Assembly: GCA_964539765.1 (NCBI GenBank)
Contig: CAZIJZ010000003.1
Span: 12,734 to 76,733 of the forward strand
Length of the DNA: 64,000 nt
From: an uncultured Smithella sp.
GTDB lineage: Bacteria > Desulfobacterota > Syntrophia > Syntrophales > Smithellaceae
Reading direction: 5' to 3'
Made by a program: the position numbers and the translations under genes. The first letter of the stretch is position 1. Every line of letters starts with the position of its first letter. The notes beneath the pieces were generated by a model. That model searched no databases, was not told where the DNA came from, and saw nothing but the letters and a program-made list of their open reading frames with translations. Positions 26,377 through 37,086 of the stretch are shown here, piece after piece.

Positions 26377-28626
26377 CTATGCCGCTTCAACCCGGCAGGG
26401 TACATAGCGGTGAATCGGCGTCCCAAACTGGTCGCGGTGTGTGTTTTTGGTCAGGCGATTCACGTTGGCGCCGTATTTGACACCATTGTAAACCAGACCG
26501 AAACCGTGTGGAATCACCACATGGCCCTTGCGCGCGGTGTCTGTCAATTCCAGCTCGATCTCTTCACTGCCGGCTTCCGTGGTGACTCTGACCTGCTGAC
26601 CGTCCTTTAAATTCAAAGCTGCCGCATCATTCGGATGCATGGCCAGCGTACAGGCGCGCTTGCCTTCATTCCATTGTGGATCACGCATCAGCGTGTTGGC
26701 GTTCATGGAGAAATGTTTTCCCGCCATGAGCACCAGCGGAAATTTGGGGTCTGTGACCAGCGCCTCTTCTTCACAGGTCGCATCCAGAATGTTCAGTTCG
26801 TCGAGCAGTTCCGGAATGTGAAGATTAATTTTTTTGTCCTCGGTCTTGATTTCGGCAAAGTTGTTTCCCGGATCGACTTTGCCCACCCAGATACCTTCAG
26901 GATAATCGATAATCTGCTGAAAGATTTCCTCCCCGAGCGTCGGCCCGGGTTTGAATCCCGCTCGCGCTGCATTTTCCTGGAAGGATTTCGGCATGACCTG
27001 CAGCATTCCCCACAGCGCCGCCAGGTGAACGGAACCCATCGCCTTGCCCAGTGTTTTTCCTAAAATAAACGGCATGGCTTTCATAGCTTTCGGTTCCGTT
27101 ATCGCGAACTCCATCAGGGCGTTGGCAAAGGCTGTATGATTTTCATGGGCCGCTGAATAAAGCTTATCGGGAATCGGCGGAATCAATCCGAGCTTGTCAG
27201 CGATTCGGAGATGAATTTCACCCAGCTCCAGCTGTTCTCCGTCCGGTTCAATGACGGGACGCCGCATTTGAAAGTGAATACCCGGATAGGTCATGGGAAA
27301 GAAGGTGCCGTCCCACGCTTCATAACCGGAACGCGAAGGCAATACGTAATGCGAAAGAGCGGCCGTTTCCGTCATGGCCATTTCCGCCGTGACCAGCAAG
27401 TCCAGCCGGGCGAAGGATTTTTCGTAGGCGGTAGTATCCGCGTAGGATCGAAGCGGATTGCAACCGGCGATCAGAACCGCCCGCAGCCGTTCCGGGTGAT
27501 CGGACAGAATTTCTTCCGGCATGACATTCGGCGGGAAAACACCGCAGACGGGGAAGGAATTAGTGGACATCGTGCGCCAGACTTTTGGATTTCTTTCGTC
27601 GGTATGAGAGCCGAGAGGCATCATGTGGCCGCGAATGATATTGCTGCCGGGAACGCAGAGCCTGCCGCAAATGGCTTGCAGAATAACAATGAGGTATGAA
27701 TTCAGGGCGCTGTGGCGTCCCATGTAAATACCCAGATCGTAGCGAATCGATGATATGCGCGTGGCGTAAGCTTTGGCGACTTTGCTGACCAGATCAAAAT
27801 CGAGATTGCAGACTTTCAGGGCAGCGTGGATATCGAAATCCTTAAAAAATGATTTCACCTGTTCAAAGCCGGATGTGTGATTTTCCAGATAATTTTTGTC
27901 GTCCCATCCCTCGGTGAGGATGATGGAAATCATAGCCTTGAGCAACAGAGCATCCGTGCCGGGACGGATCTGGAGATGGATATCCGCGATTTTTGCGGTT
28001 TCAGATATTCTCGGATCAACGACGATCAGCAGTTTGTCCGGATCTTTGGCAAGACGTTGAAGCTGCCGCGGCGCCTGGGGAATCTGATGGCTTTGCATGC
28101 CGTTCCATCCAAACACCAGAAGGACGTCTGTGTTGTCCACATCCGGCTGATCATGCAGGTACTGACGGCCGTGCGTGCGTCCGCATACCCAGAAAGCGCC
28201 GGCGAATTCCTGAGCCAGAGCGCCGTAATGATACTGCGAGCCCAGTCCCCTCATGAGGCGTATGCCGAAGGCCGCTTCGAAATGGCATCCCTGCATGCTG
28301 GCGCCCATATAGGCAAATGACCGCGGCCCGTATTGACCGACGATTGCTTTGAGTTTGTCCGCAATCTCATCAATGGCCTGATCCCACGAAATGCGCTCGA
28401 ATTTGTCTCCTACTTTTTTCAACGGATATTTCAATCGGTCGGTATTGTGCTGGTGATAGGCGACGTTCAGGCCTTTCCGGCAGAAGTAGCCTTCGCTTTT
28501 GACGTTGGACTTGTCCGGCTTAACCTTGACAATGCGGTTATTTTCCACCTCGATTTCCAAGCCGCAGTTTTGCGCGCACAGCACACAACCGGTTTTATGA
28601 ATTGTTCCCATGATTTTTCCTTTCAT
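26377..28626 (-). CDS. molybdopterin (bis-MGD) oxidoreductase, cytoplasmic
   Basis: 749 aa. The N-terminal 4Fe-4S motif reads CVLCAQNCGL...C. It has no Tat signal, and a C-terminal beta-barrel-like VRVTTEAGSEEIEL segment is present. Confidence 0.8.
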   Translation of the reverse strand: MKGKIMGTIHKTGCVLCAQNCGLEIEVENNRIVKVKPDKSNVKSEGYFCRKGLNVAYHQHNTDRLKYPLKKVGDKFERISWDQAIDEIADKLKAIVGQYGPRSFAYMGASMQGCHFEAAFGIRLMRGLGSQYHYGALAQEFAGAFWVCGRTHGRQYLHDQPDVDNTDVLLVFGWNGMQSHQIPQAPRQLQRLAKDPDKLLIVVDPRISETAKIADIHLQIRPGTDALLLKAMISIILTEGWDDKNYLENHTSGFEQVKSFFKDFDIHAALKVCNLDFDLVSKVAKAYATRISSIRYDLGIYMGRHSALNSYLIVILQAICGRLCVPGSNIIRGHMMPLGSHTDERNPKVWRTMSTNSFPVCGVFPPNVMPEEILSDHPERLRAVLIAGCNPLRSYADTTAYEKSFARLDLLVTAEMAMTETAALSHYVLPSRSGYEAWDGTFFPMTYPGIHFQMRRPVIEPDGEQLELGEIHLRIADKLGLIPPIPDKLYSAAHENHTAFANALMEFAITEPKAMKAMPFILGKTLGKAMGSVHLAALWGMLQVMPKSFQENAARAGFKPGPTLGEEIFQQIIDYPEGIWVGKVDPGNNFAEIKTEDKKINLHIPELLDELNILDATCEEEALVTDPKFPLVLMAGKHFSMNANTLMRDPQWNEGKRACTLAMHPNDAAALNLKDGQQVRVTTEAGSEEIELELTDTARKGHVVIPHGFGLVYNGVKYGANVNRLTKNTHRDQFGTPIHRYVPCRVEAA

Positions 28627-28880
28627 GAATAAAGCTGCTTGTCAGTCATCTTTTTTTTACCATAAATCAAATATCAGAGCACCTTTTATAATTTTTCTGT
28701 GATTTGAGACTTGTATTTTTCATAAAAAAGTTAAAAAATATTTAAACCGGTTTCCCGCTGTTTCTGACTCCAAGTCAATTTATTAATCCGGTCATAAAAA
28801 AATAAAATGACCAGAGGTCATTAGCACTTCCGATCTTGAATCCCCTTTCGGTAGAAAGTTAATCTTATTGGCATTTTGCA

Positions 28881-28900
28881 TTATGTCATAAATGACATAA
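28881..28900. promoter_or_regulatory. perfect palindrome upstream of the fdnG promoter (candidate regulator site)
   Basis: ttatgtcat-aa-atgacataa. A second palindrome, aatgacc-aga-ggtcatt, lies at 28806-28822. Confidence 0.45.
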
Positions 28901-28927
28901 AAGGTTGAATTTATTAACATTTTGCCG

Positions 28928-28956
28928 TTGACAACAGTCTTGCCCTCATGTATAAA
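28928..28956 (+). promoter_or_regulatory. sigma70-like promoter of fdnGHI
   Basis: TTGACA (28928-28933), a 17-nt spacer, then TATAAA (28951-28956). This leaves a leader of about 160 nt. Confidence 0.6.
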
Positions 28957-29124
28957 GAGCACGCAGTGAAAGCGTTATTCTCTGGAAAAACGTTGTGCTC
29001 TACCAAATCATGGTTGTTCTCAAAGGTTTTTTCCTGAAAAGACAAGAAATGCGTGAATAACTGTATGCTGGATTTTTAGAGCACGAAAAGAATATTAGAA
29101 ATTCTGATGAAAGGAGAAAATTTC

Positions 29125-32100
29125 ATGAACGTCAGCCGAAGAGGTTTCTTGAAGATTTCCGGTGCTGTGGCGGCAGTCAGTGGTTTGGGTATCAGTCTTA
29201 AGTCCATATCTGCGCACGCTCAGGACCTGAAAATCAAATACGCTAAAGAAACCACCACCGTTTGTCCGTATTGTTCCGTCGGATGCAGTATTATCGTATC
29301 CGTACGTGACGGCAAGGTTATCAACACAGAAGGTGATCCCGACAGCCCCATTAACAGAGGCGCGCTTTGCAGTAAAGGCGGATCGATTTATCAGATGGCC
29401 GTCAATGAAAACCGCTTGGGCAAGCCTCTGTACAGAGCGCCGTTCGCCACGGAATGGAAAGAAGTTGAATGGGAATGGGCTATTGAAGAGATTGCCAAGA
29501 AAGTTAAAAAAAGCCGCGATGCAAGTTTCAAGAAAGTCAATGCCAAGGGCGAAGTTGTTAATCGTACGGAAGGCATCGCTTCTGTAGGAAGCGCGGCGAT
29601 GGATCTTGAAGAATGCTTCACGTACCAAAAATTCTTAAGGGGGTTGGGTCTGGTCTATATTGAACATCAGGCCCGTATCTGACACAGTCCGACTGTACCG
29701 GCTCTGGCAGAGTCGTTCGGACGCGGCGCAATGACCAACCACTGGGTTGATTTTAGAAATGCTGATGTGATTTTAATCATGGGGAGCAATCCCGCTTCCA
29801 ATCATCCGGTGTCCTGGAAATGGATTCAGGAAGCCGTTGATAAACGCGGAGCGAAAATCATCTGCGTTGATCCCCGCTTCACCCAGTCGGCTGCGAAAGC
29901 TCACCTTTACGCACCGCTTCGTTCAGGAACGGATATCGCTTTCCTGGGCGGCATGATCAAATACATTCTGGATAACAAACTTTATTTTGCTGAATACGTC
30001 AAAAATTACACCAACGCTTCTTTCCTGGTCAATCCCAACCTGAAACTTCCGGGAGAGAACAACGGGGTATTTTCCGGTTTGACCGACGGCAAGTATGAGA
30101 AGGATACCTGGTCTTATCAGAAAGGTCCCGATGAGGTCATCAAGAAAGATCCTACCCTGTCGGATCCCAACTGCGTATTCCAGCTTTTGAAAAAACATTA
30201 TTCCCGTTACACGCCTGATCTTGTTTCCAGGATTACAGGAACACCCAAAGATAAACTGATTGAAGTTTACAAACTGTACGCTTCAACCGGAAAACCCAAT
30301 AAGGCGGGCGTTGATCTTTATGCCATGGGTTGGACGCAGCACACGGTCGGCACTCAGAACATCCGTACCATGTGTATGATCCAGCTTCTGTTGGGCAACA
30401 TGGGTATTGCCGGCGGCGGCGTCGCGGCCATGCGCGGTGAATCCAACGTTCAGGGTTCCACCGACCACGGTCTGCTTTTCCATATCTGGCCCGGCTATCT
30501 GGGAGTCCCCACCGGTTCACTGGCAACCCTGAAAAACTTTATTGAAAAACGCACACCGAAAACCACAGAGAAGGATTCTCTCAACTGGTGGAAAAACACG
30601 CCCAAGTATGTGGCCAGTTTCCTGCGCTCCATGTACGGACCGGATATGAGTCTCGACGATACCTACGATATCCTGCCCAAGGTCGATGACGGCGTTAACT
30701 ACTCGTGGCTGACGATTTTCGATCAGATGTACAAAGGCAAGTTCACCGGTTTCTTTGCCTGGGGCATGAACCCCGCCTGTTCAGGCGCTCACTCCAATAA
30801 GGTTCGTCAGGCATTGACGAAGGTGGACTGGATGGTCAATGTCAATTTATTCGATAACGAAACCGGTTCTTTCTGGCGTGGTCCGGGAATGGATCCCGCA
30901 AAGATCAAGACGGAAGTTTTCATGCTGCCCTGCGCTTCCTCGGTGGAGAAAGAAGGCAGTATCGCCAATAGCGGACGTCTGCAGCAGTGGCGTTATAAAG
31001 CCATTCCTTATTACGGCGATTCCAAGCCGGATGGCGATATCATGAGCGAACTCTTCTTTAAAGTGAAAGAACTTTATCAGAAGCAGGGCGGTCCTAATGC
31101 GGCAGCAATTACTAAAATGACCTGGCCCTATGGCAAGCATGTGGGCAAGGAATTCCACTATGAACCCCGCAAAGTGGCCGCGGAAATCAACGGCTACTTC
31201 CTGGAAAATAAAACAGTGGAAAACCCCACCAAGAAGGGCGAATTCAAGGAATTCAAGAAAGGCGATCTGGTTCCGACGTTCGCCTGGCTGCAGGATGACG
31301 GTTCCACCTCGTCCGGCTGCTGGGTCTATTGCGGCTCCGTGAGTGAAAAAGGAATTCTGCCCATGCGTCGCGGACAGGCCGATCCGACTGGTCTGGGACT
31401 TTATTCTGAATGGGCCTGGTCGTGGCCGGTCAACCGCCGCATCATCTACAACGGCGCTTCGGTTGATTTAAACGGCAAACCCTGGGATCCGACACGTGCG
31501 GTTATTACCTGGGATGCCAAGGAAGAAAAATGGAAAGGCGATGTTCCCGATGGAACCGGCAATCCCGGCAAGGGTCGTCCGCCTTTCATCATGAAACCGG
31601 ACGGCGTGGGCTCGCTGTATGGCCCCGGTCTGGCTGATGGTCCTTTCCCCGAGCATTACGAACCGCTGGAATGCCCGGTCGAGAAGAATCTGCTGTCAGC
31701 GCAGAAAAATAACCCGGCTGTCAAACGATTTGATAAGAAGGGCGTCGGCTCGGATATGGATGTGTATTCCGGTGTCGGAACCTGCGATCCCCGCTTCCCG
31801 TTTATTTGTTCGACTTACCGCGTCAGTGAGCACTGGCAGACGGGTGTTTTAACCCGCTGGTGTCCGTGGCTGGCAGAAATGCAGCCCGGCATGTTCGTGG
31901 AAATGAGTCTGGAACTGGCGAAGATGAGAGGTATTGAAGCCGGAGATAAATGTACGGTAAGTACAGCGCGCGGCGAAGTGGTGTGTACAGCCATTGTTAC
32001 ACCCCGCTTCAAGCCTTTTAATATTGATGGCAATGAAATCCATGAGATCGGTATCCCCTGGCATTTCGGTTGGATTACAACCAAAGACCGGAAATACGAC

Positions 32101-32235
32101 GCCAAAGATAAGAAAGCGGAAGTATTCACCACCGGCGATTCGGCCAACCTTTTAACGCCGACCATTGGTGATGCCAACACCATGATACCGGAGAGCAAAG
32201 CTTTCATGGCTAATGTTGTAAAGGGGGTGAAGTAA
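29125..32235 (+). CDS. fdnG: periplasmic formate dehydrogenase catalytic subunit, Tat-exported, selenocysteine-containing
   Basis: Track ORFs 29107-29682 and 29731-32235 share one frame and are joined by TGA 29680-29682. The context IEHQARI-U-HSPTV matches E. coli FdnG (QARVUHGPTV). It has the twin-arginine signal SRRGFLKISGA and the motif CPYCSVGC. The ATG at 29125 follows the RBS aaaggagaa. Confidence 0.9.
29680..29722 (+). other. UGA(Sec) codon plus SECIS-like bulged hairpin
   Basis: The outer stem is gtccga/tcggac (29687-29692 / 29717-29722). The inner stem is ctg-ua-cc / gg-cag around the loop ggcucu. It is less canonical than the fdhA element. Confidence 0.5.
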
Positions 32236-32236
32236 C

Positions 32237-33040
32237 ATGTCAGAGAAAGTCAAATTATACGATGCTTCGAAATGTACAGCGTGCCGCGGTTGCCAGCTGG
32301 CCTGCAAACAGTGGAACGGATTGAAGGCCGGACAGACGGAACACACCGGCACTTATCAGAATCCGCCTGCTTTGCAGCCCAATACTTTCATGATCATTCA
32401 CTTTCAGGATTATGTCGCGCCCGAAGGTGATGTCAGATGGCTCTTCCGGAAGGAAGCCTGCATGCATTGTACCAACGCGGCCTGCGTTACCGTCTGTCCC
32501 AGCGGCGCTCTTCATTACAATAAAGAGTTCGGCACGGTCAGCATGGACCGGGAAAAATGTATCGGCTGCAAGGAATGTATGGCGGCCTGTCCGTTCGAAG
32601 TTCCCAAGTACGATAAAGAAACGGAAAAAGTTTTCAAGTGCGATATGTGTGAAACAAGAATTACCAATAAGATGACTCCGGCCTGCGTCAAGGCCTGTCC
32701 GACCGGCGCCCTCAAGTGGCTGGATAAGGAAGAGGCCGTTAAAACGGCCGAAGCCCGCGTTCAGCAACTGGGCGGCGATGCCAATGTTTACGGCGATAAA
32801 CTTGTCGGCGGCACGCACATGATGTATGTATTGAAAGAAAAACCGGAAGTTTATGATGGAATCAAGAAAGATCCCAAGGTTCCGTTCACCCTCACAATCT
32901 GGAAGAGCTGGCTCAAGCCCCTGAGCCTTTTGGGCGCGGGCGGCGTGATCGGCGGAGCATTTCTGCACTACATTCTGCACGGACCGCACAAGCCCCATCC
33001 GGAGCATTACGATCAAGACACGAAGCAGGGAGGTGCATAA
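32237..33040 (+). CDS. fdnH: formate dehydrogenase iron-sulfur subunit
   Basis: 267 aa with four Cys clusters: CTACRGCQLACK, CMHCTNAACVTVCP, CIGCKECMAACP and CDMCETR...CVKACP. A C-terminal TM anchor is present. Confidence 0.9.
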   Translation: MSEKVKLYDASKCTACRGCQLACKQWNGLKAGQTEHTGTYQNPPALQPNTFMIIHFQDYVAPEGDVRWLFRKEACMHCTNAACVTVCPSGALHYNKEFGTVSMDREKCIGCKECMAACPFEVPKYDKETEKVFKCDMCETRITNKMTPACVKACPTGALKWLDKEEAVKTAEARVQQLGGDANVYGDKLVGGTHMMYVLKEKPEVYDGIKKDPKVPFTLTIWKSWLKPLSLLGAGGVIGGAFLHYILHGPHKPHPEHYDQDTKQGGA

Positions 33041-33041
33041 C

Positions 33042-33689
33042 ATGAAAAACAAAATGATAGTCGTCACATCAAAATACGAGAGATTCGTGCATTGGCTGCT
33101 AGCCATCTCCTGCCTGCTTTTATGCTACACCGGATTAGGCATGATGTACAAAGAACTGAACTTTCTGGGATTCATTTTCGGCGGATTGAGTGGTCTGGCC
33201 ACCGTCCATGACATCATGGCCGTCTTCTTTGCCGTCGGTTTAATCCTGGCCATCCAGATGTGGTGGAGAGAAGCCGGGTTATTTGTTTTTCCGGAAGACT
33301 GGGAATGGATCAAAGCCGCGGGCGGATATCTGTGGCATTTGGATCATGTTCCCGAGACGGGCAAATACAACCCCGGCCAGAAAGCGTTTTTCCTGACCGT
33401 AGCGTTATGCGGATTACTGATGATCTGCACCGGCTTCTTCATGTGGTATCCGACGATACTGCCGGCGGTATTGATGGACTGGGTCTATGTACTGCATGTA
33501 CTGGGCTTTGTGGTCATCTTTGCTTTCTTCTTTGTTCACCTGTACCTGGGCACCATTGGTAATCCCGGGAGCGTTTCCGCGATGATCAGCGGGAAGATGG
33601 AACTGCCGGTGTTAAGAATGCTTCATCCGAAATGGGTCAAAGAGATGGAACATGAAGGCAAACTCATTGTTGCCGATGATAAAAAGTAA
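33042..33689 (+). CDS. fdnI: formate dehydrogenase cytochrome b subunit
   Basis: About 215 aa with 4 TM helices carrying conserved His residues. The ATG at 33042 lies 8-9 nt after agggagg. The track start at 33033 is a GTG. Confidence 0.8.
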   Translation: MKNKMIVVTSKYERFVHWLLAISCLLLCYTGLGMMYKELNFLGFIFGGLSGLATVHDIMAVFFAVGLILAIQMWWREAGLFVFPEDWEWIKAAGGYLWHLDHVPETGKYNPGQKAFFLTVALCGLLMICTGFFMWYPTILPAVLMDWVYVLHVLGFVVIFAFFFVHLYLGTIGNPGSVSAMISGKMELPVLRMLHPKWVKEMEHEGKLIVADDKK

Positions 33690-33717
33690 GATAATAAAAA
33701 ATTAAGTTCATTTTTCA

Positions 33718-33754
33718 AGAGGCCTGAGAATAAAATTTCAGGCCTCTTTTTTTT
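33718..33754. terminator. bidirectional rho-independent terminator
   Basis: agaggcctga-gaataaaatt-tcaggcctct followed by TTTTTTT. It sits between convergent genes. Confidence 0.8.
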
Positions 33755-33771
33755 GCGCTGACGGAGGGAAA

Positions 33772-34212
33772 TTATTTACATTCCCGCAACTGTTTCCATT
33801 TCATATAAATATCCGCGTGATTTTTCTCGTCTTGGATTATTTTTTTAACAATGTCCATATATTTGTTGTTCGCGCCGCCGGCAATCTCCCGCTCAAACTG
33901 CTTCACGGCCAGCAGTTCGGTCGCTCTCGCCATTTTTAACTTGCGCGAAACCGGCAGAGCAAAAATCAGGTAAGATTGTAGAAATCCAAACCCCATCCAG
34001 AATTTCCCGCCGCCGAGTTTTTTATTGTACAGCTCGTCATAACACTTGCCAAACAGCAGACTGTGTCCGTACTCCTGATTTCCCGCCTGATCCAGCATTT
34101 TTGTCAGGCCGGGATATTTGTTTTTGTATTGCCTTGATAATCCCCTGTAAAATCCGGCGCCGAATAATTCCACTCTGTAGGATAACTTGATCTGAAATTT
34201 TAATTTGTCCAT
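33772..34212 (-). CDS. ferritin-like di-iron protein
   Basis: ExxH motifs are present: NQEYGH and QDEKNH. I prefer the internal Met start (MDKLKFQ), which is preceded by aaggataagga and avoids overlap with the sigma gene. Confidence 0.6.
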   Translation of the reverse strand: MDKLKFQIKLSYRVELFGAGFYRGLSRQYKNKYPGLTKMLDQAGNQEYGHSLLFGKCYDELYNKKLGGGKFWMGFGFLQSYLIFALPVSRKLKMARATELLAVKQFEREIAGGANNKYMDIVKKIIQDEKNHADIYMKWKQLRECK

Positions 34213-34240
34213 GGGCGGTTCCTTATCCTTATTTAATGTC

Positions 34241-35113
34241 TTAAATATTGAGAAGCTGTCTGAATTTGTCATTTTGCATGGTGTCTTTCAGCCATTGGGT
34301 AACGTCGGGGGAATCGTAAAAAGGCTGTTTCCGGAAAAGGTCCAGGAACGGAAGGTAGTAGGACTGCTCAAACTCATCGCATCCTTTCATAAGGACATCC
34401 TGCACGCGCCGGAATTCCGGACGGTGAAATCTTGGTTTCCCGGGAGTGATCATTTTCAAATGAAGAAAGGTCTTCACTTTGTTTTCGCACCGGCAGGGAT
34501 TGTCGGGATTGACCTGGCCGCATACGCCGTTCATATAAGAATATATTTTATTCCGGCTGCGCGAGAGCATCTTCCGGAAATTGTCTTTTTTAACATCCAG
34601 AAGTTCGGCGCCGACGGCGTCTGTCACGCCGAACACCGCTCCCAGCAAAAAAACGATCCTTTCTTTTCTGTTCAGGCACATCAACATACCCATGGTGCAG
34701 CCTGTTTTCAGTTCTTCCGCCAGCATCTTCCTGTCGGGATGAGCAAAGTCACGATCATCCGGCAGCGCTTCAATCAGGGCGACGTAGGTATCGAAATGTT
34801 CAATGCGTGTTTCGAACTTCTGTTTTCTCATGGTTAGAATATGATTGACGACGATTCTGTATAGCCATGTTCGGAATTGCGCCTTTTGCGGGTTGTATAA
34901 AGAAAGGCCGGTAATCATTTTAATGAGGATTTCCTGCGTGATTTCCGCGGCGTTGTCGTGATCCATAACCATTTTGAAAGCAATATTATAGATCCACGCC
35001 TGATGACGCAGGATGAGTTTTTCCAGATCTTTCCGGCTTCCTTCCAGCGCGGATTGAATCAGGTCAAGGTCATCTTCAGCTTTATCTATTTTTTCGGCAA
35101 ACGGGTTATACAT
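34241..35113 (-). CDS. ECF-type sigma-70 family factor with ~100-aa C-terminal extension
   Basis: 290 aa. The region 2 block reads HQAWIYNIAFKMV..AAEITQEILIKM and FRTWLYRIVVNHI. A Cys motif, CGQVNPDNPCRC, is followed by the extra C-terminal domain. Confidence 0.75.
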   Translation of the reverse strand: MYNPFAEKIDKAEDDLDLIQSALEGSRKDLEKLILRHQAWIYNIAFKMVMDHDNAAEITQEILIKMITGLSLYNPQKAQFRTWLYRIVVNHILTMRKQKFETRIEHFDTYVALIEALPDDRDFAHPDRKMLAEELKTGCTMGMLMCLNRKERIVFLLGAVFGVTDAVGAELLDVKKDNFRKMLSRSRNKIYSYMNGVCGQVNPDNPCRCENKVKTFLHLKMITPGKPRFHRPEFRRVQDVLMKGCDEFEQSYYLPFLDLFRKQPFYDSPDVTQWLKDTMQNDKFRQLLNI

Positions 35114-35388
35114 CGGATATCCTCTTCGCTATGAGCATCATAACCTTATACGGCAAAACAAAGCGAGCGTGACAAAAAAGATAATAAATATTCCGGCAGC
35201 AGATCCTGTCCGGACAGCGGAAGTAATGGATGGGCATAATGACGTCTTTCCCGGTTCGCCTAAACAGGGAGTATCGTGACGCGGCTTCTCTGTCCCGGAC
35301 AACGGCTGAACATTCCGGCGGTTTTTCGTTTTTTTAGAATCATGGTCTGCCGGGCTGATTTTTTATCCGGGTTGATGCCGCTGAAGGC

Positions 35389-37086
35389 TTAAACCTGAAA
35401 TTTGTTCAGGAAAGATCTCTCCGTCTCGTAGGTGCCGATCAGGATCAATTCATCTTCTTTGTCGAGTCTCATATCCGGCTCCGGATTGATTTGAGTTTTC
35501 CCTTTGCGCAACACGGCCGCCACTGTGCAGCCCGTGTTCTCTCTGATCCCCGAATCGGCCAGGGTTTTGCCCCACAGGGATTTGGGGGTGTTCAGATGAA
35601 AGAAGTTCAGCCCTTCAGCCAACAGCAGGGTTTCCTCATTCATCAGAAAATTGAATATCGTATTGGCGCCCAGCGACGCGTAAGACATGACAAAATCAGC
35701 GCCCGCCCGATGCAATGTGGATACATTGCGGTCTTCGCTGGCGCGGCTGAGAATCTGCATGTCCGGCCGCAGACTGCGCAGATATTTCGTTAGATAAATA
35801 TTGGTGGCGTCATCATGTGATGTAATCAGGGCCGCCGGCGCTTTTTCAAACCAGGCCTTCTTCAGCGTGTGAATATCGGCGGCGTCTCCATAAACAAAAT
35901 GAGCATCTTCTTCGCCTCTCCGGCGGTTTTTTTCGATAATCAGATAAGGGATTTCTTCTTTTTCAAAATAATCGGCCACCGCGTGTCCGACTTTGCCTCC
36001 GCCGACGATGATGACCGGGTCTCCGGCGATTTTGCAGATGTGGTAGAAGGAATAGACTTCATCGTATTTGGACACGGAAGATTCATGTCCCGCGAGAACC
36101 AGCACACTCGTCCGGTTGATCGTATCGTGAGATTTGGGAATGATAAATTTTCCGCGTTCCCAGATTCCTACGACCGTCAATCCGAATGTTTCCCGAAGCT
36201 TGCTTTCCGCGAGTGTCTGACCGACCAGAGGCGTGCCGATTGCCGGTGTCTGGGCGATGATAAATTCCTTGTAGCGTCCGATGATATTCGCTTTGCAGTC
36301 GCCCGCGATCGTCCAGCTGGCCAGAGACTCTCCCATAATGTCATACAACTGCAGGACCCGGGAACTGCCCGCCAGCTGCAGAATGTCCACAGAATGCGGC
36401 GATTCCGCCGTGGTGATGATCGGAATATGTTCAAAATCTTCCCGGATGGTCAGGGTGATGTTGGTATTCATCTGATCGCTGTTGGAGGCCACAACCAGTG
36501 CGGCGTTCTGGATGCGCATTCTGTTATATGTCCCCGGATCATCGATATTGCCGAGAGCGACCCGGATGTCCCGGTCATACAGTTCCAGCGCCCTGGCGAG
36601 GTCGTCAACCACCACTACATATTTTTTATTGTGACTTTTCAGTTTTTCGATCAGCGCCGCGGTGACGGGATCAAAATTGGTGATGATGATGTGATTTCTC
36701 GTGTCAACGGGAAGTTCCCGGGGCGCGCGGTTACGGGTCTGCGCGTCCATCCACGGAGCGAAAAAGAATTTGATGAAAACGAAAGGCAGAAGAATCAGCA
36801 GAAGAATCACGCCGGAAAGCAAGACGATAATCGAGAAAACCCTGCCGATATCGCTGGTGAACGTTATGTCTCCGAATCCGAGCGTGGACATGACCACCAT
36901 GGTCCAGTAGAAACCGGTGACCCACGAATGTTCCTGTCCTTCCATGGCCATGATATAGTGGAACAAAATGCTGTAGAGGGTAATCAACGCGACAATGACG
37001 ATAAGATACTTTACCAGCAACCGGATGTTGGCCTTGATAATTTTACTTTCAACAAAAGAGCTGACTACAGCGGGTAAAAATTTCAT
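35389..37086 (-). CDS. potassium channel with tandem RCK (TrkA-N/C) domains
   Basis: 565 aa with the selectivity filter TLGFGD. Rossmann loops (IIVGGGKVGHAVA) are present downstream of 2 TM helices plus a pore helix. Confidence 0.85.
   Translation of the reverse strand: MKFLPAVVSSFVESKIIKANIRLLVKYLIVIVALITLYSILFHYIMAMEGQEHSWVTGFYWTMVVMSTLGFGDITFTSDIGRVFSIIVLLSGVILLLILLPFVFIKFFFAPWMDAQTRNRAPRELPVDTRNHIIITNFDPVTAALIEKLKSHNKKYVVVVDDLARALELYDRDIRVALGNIDDPGTYNRMRIQNAALVVASNSDQMNTNITLTIREDFEHIPIITTAESPHSVDILQLAGSSRVLQLYDIMGESLASWTIAGDCKANIIGRYKEFIIAQTPAIGTPLVGQTLAESKLRETFGLTVVGIWERGKFIIPKSHDTINRTSVLVLAGHESSVSKYDEVYSFYHICKIAGDPVIIVGGGKVGHAVADYFEKEEIPYLIIEKNRRRGEEDAHFVYGDAADIHTLKKAWFEKAPAALITSHDDATNIYLTKYLRSLRPDMQILSRASEDRNVSTLHRAGADFVMSYASLGANTIFNFLMNEETLLLAEGLNFFHLNTPKSLWGKTLADSGIRENTGCTVAAVLRKGKTQINPEPDMRLDKEDELILIGTYETERSFLNKFQV

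Noticed and set aside
28956-29084. Attenuator or riboswitch-like alternative pairing in the fdnG leader (AGAGCAC at 28956 and 29078, GTGCTCT at 28995)
   Set aside because: The first copy overlaps the -10 box and is probably not transcribed. The remaining pairing is only 7 bp over a loop of about 76 nt. The support is insufficient.
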